Positions 59,400 to 64,000 of a stretch of DNA of 64,000 bases are shown here, one piece after another (the first letter of the stretch is position 1; every line of letters begins with the position of its first letter). Source of the stretch: Bdellovibrio sp. (GTDB lineage: Bacteria > Bdellovibrionota > Bdellovibrionia > Bdellovibrionales > Bdellovibrionaceae); contig JAKFCY010000002.1 in NCBI GenBank assembly GCA_036676395.1, positions 1,312,001 to 1,376,000 of the forward strand, given 5' to 3'. The notes below the pieces were generated by a model. The model worked only from the letters and a program-made list of their open reading frames with translations. It was not told where the DNA came from and made no database searches. The position numbers and the translations under genes are program-made.

Positions 59400-61077
59400 A
59401 AAAACTTTTAACCACACTCTAGGTAACAACAGCGGGTCTATCGTCGTTATGGTGATGATGGGCGCTGTAGTTATGACAGCTGTCGTGGGTATGATGTTCT
59501 ATGTAAAAAACGCCACCGATTCTTTATCATACATCGTTTCTAAGGGAACAACCCGTGCGATGACCGAAGTAGTGATCGGAAGCATTCTTGATGTCTATTC
59601 ACAACCTTTAGTTTCTACGACGTGTGATAGCCAGCTTGTGGCTACGGCGGTCAGTTTTCGTGATTTAACAAATGCGAATCCCACAACTTTTTCCTGGGAT
59701 TCTAACCCGTCAAATTCCTCAACGCCGCCGGCTGTTGCAGCCCGCAACTGTATGATTCCGGCCTTGATGGCCAATCAGTTAGAGCGTGTACTTATTATTT
59801 TGACCCCGATGCCCACCTTGGATGATTTACCGGGAACCCGCCGTGAACTGCGTATTGAAATTAAATTACAAAAAAAAGGTGCAGTCGCTACGCAGTCTGT
59901 GATCAGACACTATACTTTAAGTTTATTAAGCCTTGATCGTTATGGCGTTATTTTTAATTCTAGTTTAGCCACTGCTTTTGAAATCGATTCAAGCAGTAAA
60001 TTGTATTTCGATACGCATGTTCTACATTCAAATAAAGCAGCTCCTTTTACAGTTTCAAACTTAGTGGCCTACACCGAATCACCGAAGACGATCTTTAAAC
60101 AGACAGTTTATTCTTTAGCCGATAAGATTAATTCAGCAGCCTCATTTCAATTAGCCAAATTTAATGCGGTCTTTGAAAAAGGTTTTAGTACCGGTCATTT
60201 GCCGAATGTAAAATATTTTCCGACAACCTATGTTGGCTATTCTTGGACTGAGCCTATTGATTATCATTACGTCTATGCCAATTCAGGCGGGGTTCAGGAT
60301 CTAAGTCCTTTACCAGGTTTAACAGGGGGCAAAATTTCAAGTAATGGAGATCCCTATAATTATAACGCTACGTTAGCTAATGTCACAACGTTTCCGCATT
60401 CATCTATTTTGCAAAAGTTAGCTCATACCTGTGAGATTGGGGTTTTAGGAAGTGCGATCAGTAAAATCATGGTGCTGTACCGGTCTGATGCCGAAGTCAC
60501 TTTAGATTTTTCGGCTGATTCAGATCCGTTAAAATTTTGTGGACTTCTAAAAGTCAGAAAATTAACCATTAAACTTCAGCCCGGAAAAACGCATTATTTA
60601 TTCGGTAAGTTTTATTTCGATCAAATCAAAGTTACCGGCGGCGGAACTTTATACATTGTCGATCCAGAACTTGATACCTTGCTTACACAAAATTACGACA
60701 GTGTGATCAGTATGACCGATCTGCGCCGTGAAATGAAAACACTTGAAGTTTACGTTGGTAACCCTTTTTACCAACCGATTAACAGTGATCTAACAACGTT
60801 GGAAGCGACGGTTGGAAACTACGGTAAAAACTTCGGCCATAAAATGCCGTCAGACTGGTTTTCAGGAGCACCGCAAAAAGATTTAGCCGGAAATGTTGTT
60901 GCTCCAGGCAGTCAGCTTTGTGACCCAGCTATTCCAAATTATTATTGTTGGCCAAACTATATGCGCAGTTACCGCCGCCATATAGAAGGATCAGGGCTGC
61001 CAAATATCAGCGTATTGTTTAACGCTTCAGGCTCATTTAACCGCACATTGATATTTAATGCTGTGAGGACTTTATGA
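59389..61077 (+). CDS. Large PilX/GspK-like minor pilin
   Basis: NNSG|SIVVM cleavage site lacking Glu5, followed by a hydrophobic helix. Confidence 0.7.
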   Translation: MTDKKTFNHTLGNNSGSIVVMVMMGAVVMTAVVGMMFYVKNATDSLSYIVSKGTTRAMTEVVIGSILDVYSQPLVSTTCDSQLVATAVSFRDLTNANPTTFSWDSNPSNSSTPPAVAARNCMIPALMANQLERVLIILTPMPTLDDLPGTRRELRIEIKLQKKGAVATQSVIRHYTLSLLSLDRYGVIFNSSLATAFEIDSSSKLYFDTHVLHSNKAAPFTVSNLVAYTESPKTIFKQTVYSLADKINSAASFQLAKFNAVFEKGFSTGHLPNVKYFPTTYVGYSWTEPIDYHYVYANSGGVQDLSPLPGLTGGKISSNGDPYNYNATLANVTTFPHSSILQKLAHTCEIGVLGSAISKIMVLYRSDAEVTLDFSADSDPLKFCGLLKVRKLTIKLQPGKTHYLFGKFYFDQIKVTGGGTLYIVDPELDTLLTQNYDSVISMTDLRREMKTLEVYVGNPFYQPINSDLTTLEATVGNYGKNFGHKMPSDWFSGAPQKDLAGNVVAPGSQLCDPAIPNYYCWPNYMRSYRRHIEGSGLPNISVLFNASGSFNRTLIFNAVRTL

Positions 61078-61547
61078 TTATTAAAAACAATAAAGGCTTT
61101 ACGATAATTGAATCTGTGATGATGGGGGCCTTAGGTTTTATTATTATCGGTGCCGCTGTTTCTGGTATTGCCTGGATTAAATCAAGCTTTAACCGCTTAT
61201 CTAAACGTACTGTAGCGATAGAAATTGTTTCTGCGTTTTCACAAAACTTACAAGAACAGTTCGTTCGCTATCCCAATATAGCTATCAGCGGAACTCAGGG
61301 TACATTTGTTTTATGTTTTGATATGTCGATTCGTCCGGCAAAAAATTCTACCGGCGGAATGGATCCAATTGTTAAAACTTTTAGCGCAAGCAACATGAAG
61401 AAAAATAGCGGCCTTTGTGTTCTTAATGGTTACGAAATTCATTTAACGTGGACAACAACACCAAATCAATACCGCCTGGTTGTTCTGGGCGTAAATAATG
61501 ATTTAGGACCAGTGTATGACGAAACCGTTTCAGTTTTTAAACAGTAA
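61074..61547 (+). CDS. Type IV prepilin-like protein (PilV-like)
   Basis: NKG|FTIIE. Confidence 0.85.
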   Translation: MIIKNNKGFTIIESVMMGALGFIIIGAAVSGIAWIKSSFNRLSKRTVAIEIVSAFSQNLQEQFVRYPNIAISGTQGTFVLCFDMSIRPAKNSTGGMDPIVKTFSASNMKKNSGLCVLNGYEIHLTWTTTPNQYRLVVLGVNNDLGPVYDETVSVFKQ

Positions 61548-62517
61548 GAGTTTAATTCATATTTTTTTATTCGGATTATTTTCAATAATCTTACTGGCTT
61601 CGCTTTATCTTTTTAATGTCAGTGGTTTTGGTTATCAGATCAAGTCTTCTGAAAAAGATGTATTTTGGTTATTAATTCTATTTTCTTATCCACATTTTGT
61701 CGCTAGCTATTATTGGTTTTATAAAAACAAAACTCTGCGTGAAGAAAATCGTTTTGTCGGAAAGTACCTGCCGTGGATGATCGTGGTATTGCTGGCTTTA
61801 GTTTTTACTTTGCAGGCTGGCTTTTTGGTGCAATCGATGCTGATCGCAGCCTGGATTTTACTATTTTGGCATTTTGTTAAACAAAGTTACGGCTGTTCTG
61901 TTTTTTTGGCAAAAGAAAATTTTCCATTTACTAGTAAGTCTTTGCTTTTATATAGCTATCTAAGTCTTGCTGGCTTTGGTTTTTTAAATATTCAAAGACA
62001 TGAAGCTAAAGTTTTGCTTTTTCGAAGTTATGTTAGTGTTTATAAAGTGCCTGATTTTTTTTCTTATACGTTGTTAGGTTTTGCCTGGATTTTATTTTTT
62101 GCGTTTATCGTAACTTATGTAAAACAAACTACAGATAAAAATGCGAGCTATAAAAAAATAGCCATGATCAGTATTCCGTGGGTTGCGAATTTAATGTGGT
62201 TTTCGTGGTGGACTGTTGAAAGCTTTTTTATGCTGATTCCGGTGTTTCATGCGATTCAGTATAGCCCCTTTATTTTACAGGGCATATCCCGCTTACAAAA
62301 TGAAACCAAAGATTTCGTAAAGGTCGTGGCGGGGATTTTTGCCGTCTCGGTTTTGTTTTTCGTAGGTTTACCCTTAGTTGCGAATCAATACGCACCCCAA
62401 ATGGCCGAGGCTGTAGTGACTTCGATGTTTGTCTTTTTTAACTTACATCATTTTTTTATTGATTCGGTCGGGTGGAAGTTAAGTAAAGAATCGATCAGAA
62501 AAATTCTATTTAATTAA
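61516..62517 (+). CDS. Polytopic membrane protein with four His motifs
   Basis: About 9 TM segments; PHFVASY, WHFVKQSYG, FHAIQY and HHFFID. Confidence 0.75.
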   Translation: MTKPFQFLNSKSLIHIFLFGLFSIILLASLYLFNVSGFGYQIKSSEKDVFWLLILFSYPHFVASYYWFYKNKTLREENRFVGKYLPWMIVVLLALVFTLQAGFLVQSMLIAAWILLFWHFVKQSYGCSVFLAKENFPFTSKSLLLYSYLSLAGFGFLNIQRHEAKVLLFRSYVSVYKVPDFFSYTLLGFAWILFFAFIVTYVKQTTDKNASYKKIAMISIPWVANLMWFSWWTVESFFMLIPVFHAIQYSPFILQGISRLQNETKDFVKVVAGIFAVSVLFFVGLPLVANQYAPQMAEAVVTSMFVFFNLHHFFIDSVGWKLSKESIRKILFN

Positions 62518-62541
62518 GCTGTATAATTTGAAAAATCGCAA

Positions 62542-62571
62542 AAAAAAAGCGAGTGTTGACTCGCTTTTTTT
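62542..62571. terminator. Bidirectional intrinsic terminator
   Basis: A-tract-GCGAGT-GTTG-ACTCGC-T-tract between convergent genes. Confidence 0.9.
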
Positions 62572-62591
62572 AGTTTGATCAGTTTGAAGAA

Positions 62592-62834
62592 TTAAGAATT
62601 CTGATCTTGCTTTTGTTTTTCAGTTTGAGCTTGGTTTACGCCTTGCTTGTTCGCATTAAGTTGTTCTTGCGGACTAACATCTTTTGCCTCAGTGTCGATT
62701 TCGTTTAAACCTTGTTTAAAGCCTTTGATCGCTTTACCTAATGATTGGCCTAAAGCTGGAAGACGGCTTGGTCCAAAGAAGATTAATAAAATTAAAGATA
62801 AAATCAGAATATGTGAAAGGCTAAACTCACCCAC
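62592..62834 (-). CDS. tatA: Twin-arginine translocase TatA/TatE subunit
   Basis: LIFFGPSRLP.LG..LGKAI..FK; GTG start with SD AGGAG. Confidence 0.93.
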   Translation of the reverse strand: MGEFSLSHILILSLILLIFFGPSRLPALGQSLGKAIKGFKQGLNEIDTEAKDVSPQEQLNANKQGVNQAQTEKQKQDQNS

Positions 62835-62880
62835 AGTAGGCTCCTTGTTTATAGAATTGCTATCTATTCAGGAGTTCAGA

Positions 62881-63345
62881 TTACTCTTGTTCAGCTGGTA
62901 TTTCAACAATTTCAATTGATGATGCGTCTGTATTGTTGCTCAAATCACCCTGAGACTGGTCTTTAGGCATGGGCAATTCGCGAGCACCACTTGAGCGTTT
63001 AATGTAGCCCTCTTTAGAAGGTCTATTGTTTTGAATTGAGATATTGTCATCAGAGCTCGGAGCCGTAGAAGCTTTAGCTGATTCGCCTTTTGAAATCTTT
63101 TTTAGTTTGTTTTCAAAACGACTTTTAACAGCAGCTAATTCTTCTTCGTACTCTTTGCGCACTTCTTTAATTTGCGACTGTTTTTGATCAGTCACACAGT
63201 TTTTATAAGTTTCAGCAGCAATTTCTTTAGCTTTGTTTCGGCACATAAGTTCAAAAGAACCTCCGCCAACAGCAGCCATTGATGAATTTGAAATGCTTAA
63301 GATTCCTAACATTAAAACTGTTTTTAAAGCTGTGCTTTTTTTCAT
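62881..63345 (-). CDS. Hypothetical secreted coiled-coil protein
   Basis: Signal peptide; Cys pair; coiled-coil segment. Confidence 0.75.
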   Translation of the reverse strand: MKKSTALKTVLMLGILSISNSSMAAVGGGSFELMCRNKAKEIAAETYKNCVTDQKQSQIKEVRKEYEEELAAVKSRFENKLKKISKGESAKASTAPSSDDNISIQNNRPSKEGYIKRSSGARELPMPKDQSQGDLSNNTDASSIEIVEIPAEQE

Positions 63346-63383
63346 AAACTAAACCCCATTAAATTATTTCATTAATGAAGTAT

Positions 63384-63399
63384 TACAATTCAGGGGCCA
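63384..63399 (-). promoter_or_regulatory. Sigma54-like promoter (GT at -12)
   Basis: TGGCCCCTGAATTGTA on the minus strand. Confidence 0.5.
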
Positions 63400-63475
63400 G
63401 ATTATGAAGAATTTAAGGGACTTAGACGAAGTCCCTCAGGAAAAATATTCAGTGTTGTACTGTATAACGACGGTC

Positions 63476-64000
63476 TTAGCGACGCACTGTTTTAGGATCG
63501 ATAGCGTCTTGCAGGCCATCGCCTAAGAAGTTAAAGCTCACAACCACTAAGAAGATCAAGATACCCGGTAAAACCGCCAAAAATGGAGCCTGGTAAATTA
63601 ACTCTTGGGCATTGAATAACATGTTACCCCAGCTTGGCATAGGCGGCTGGATTCCTAATCCTAAGTACGATAAGGCCGCTTCGAATAGGATTGAATCACC
63701 CACACCTAATGTCACAGACACCAATAGCGGAGCAACAACATTTGGAAACATATGCCGAACGATGATTGTTAAATCGGTAGCGCCCAATGTTTTAGAAGCT
63801 AAGATAAATTCACGTTCACGTAACGATAAAATACTGCCGCGAATTAAACGAGCTACCGTCATCCATGAAAATAAACAAAGAATAAATACAAGCTTGTAGA
63901 TCGATTCTTTACCGCCAGAAAAAATGTTATTCACCATTTCTTGTGCTAAGTTTCCACCAGTTGCGCCGAATAGGCTTTCAGCAACACTGACTAGGCCGCC
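63476..64000 (-). CDS. oppC: Peptide ABC transporter permease (OppC/DppC family), 5'-truncated by the window edge
   Basis: AR..RG..LS..EREF..A...LGA, EAALSYLGLG..PP..SWG and GDGL.DA.DP motifs; frame open to the window end. Confidence 0.9.
   Translation of the reverse strand, partial: GGLVSVAESLFGATGGNLAQEMVNNIFSGGKESIYKLVFILCLFSWMTVARLIRGSILSLREREFILASKTLGATDLTIIVRHMFPNVVAPLLVSVTLGVGDSILFEAALSYLGLGIQPPMPSWGNMLFNAQELIYQAPFLAVLPGILIFLVVVSFNFLGDGLQDAIDPKTVRR

Overview
AT-rich bacterial chromosomal window. The gene content (many secreted proteases and lipoproteins, oversized type IV pilin-like proteins, sigma54 and sigma28-like promoters, a DUF222/HNH gene) suggests a Bdellovibrionota-type predator, but this is inference. 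Housekeeping blocks include queA, tgt-yajC-secD-secF-recJ-queC, greA, tatA, a photolyase, heme A synthase and tRNA-Leu(GAG). The best candidate for an undescribed system is at 11.5-16.0 kb. A sigma54-preceded lipoprotein carrying 26 Asp-Lys-Asp-Gln repeats is followed by a lipoprotein and a lipoprotein subtilase. These converge on a sigma54-preceded homologue of the Phytophthora GP42-type (TGase elicitor) transglutaminase, suggesting a Gln-Lys cross-linked surface coat. Other candidates: a structured GGA-hairpin RNA leading into an unannotated 33-aa membrane peptide (25.7-26.0 kb); a HEAT-repeat protein with a C-terminal HEPN-like RxxxxH motif; a 126-bp sigma54 promoter/signal-peptide cassette reused ahead of two unrelated secreted proteins; a recurring intergenic palindrome; and a phosphorelay island separating queA from tgt. 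All calls come from reading the sequence by eye; no searches were run.
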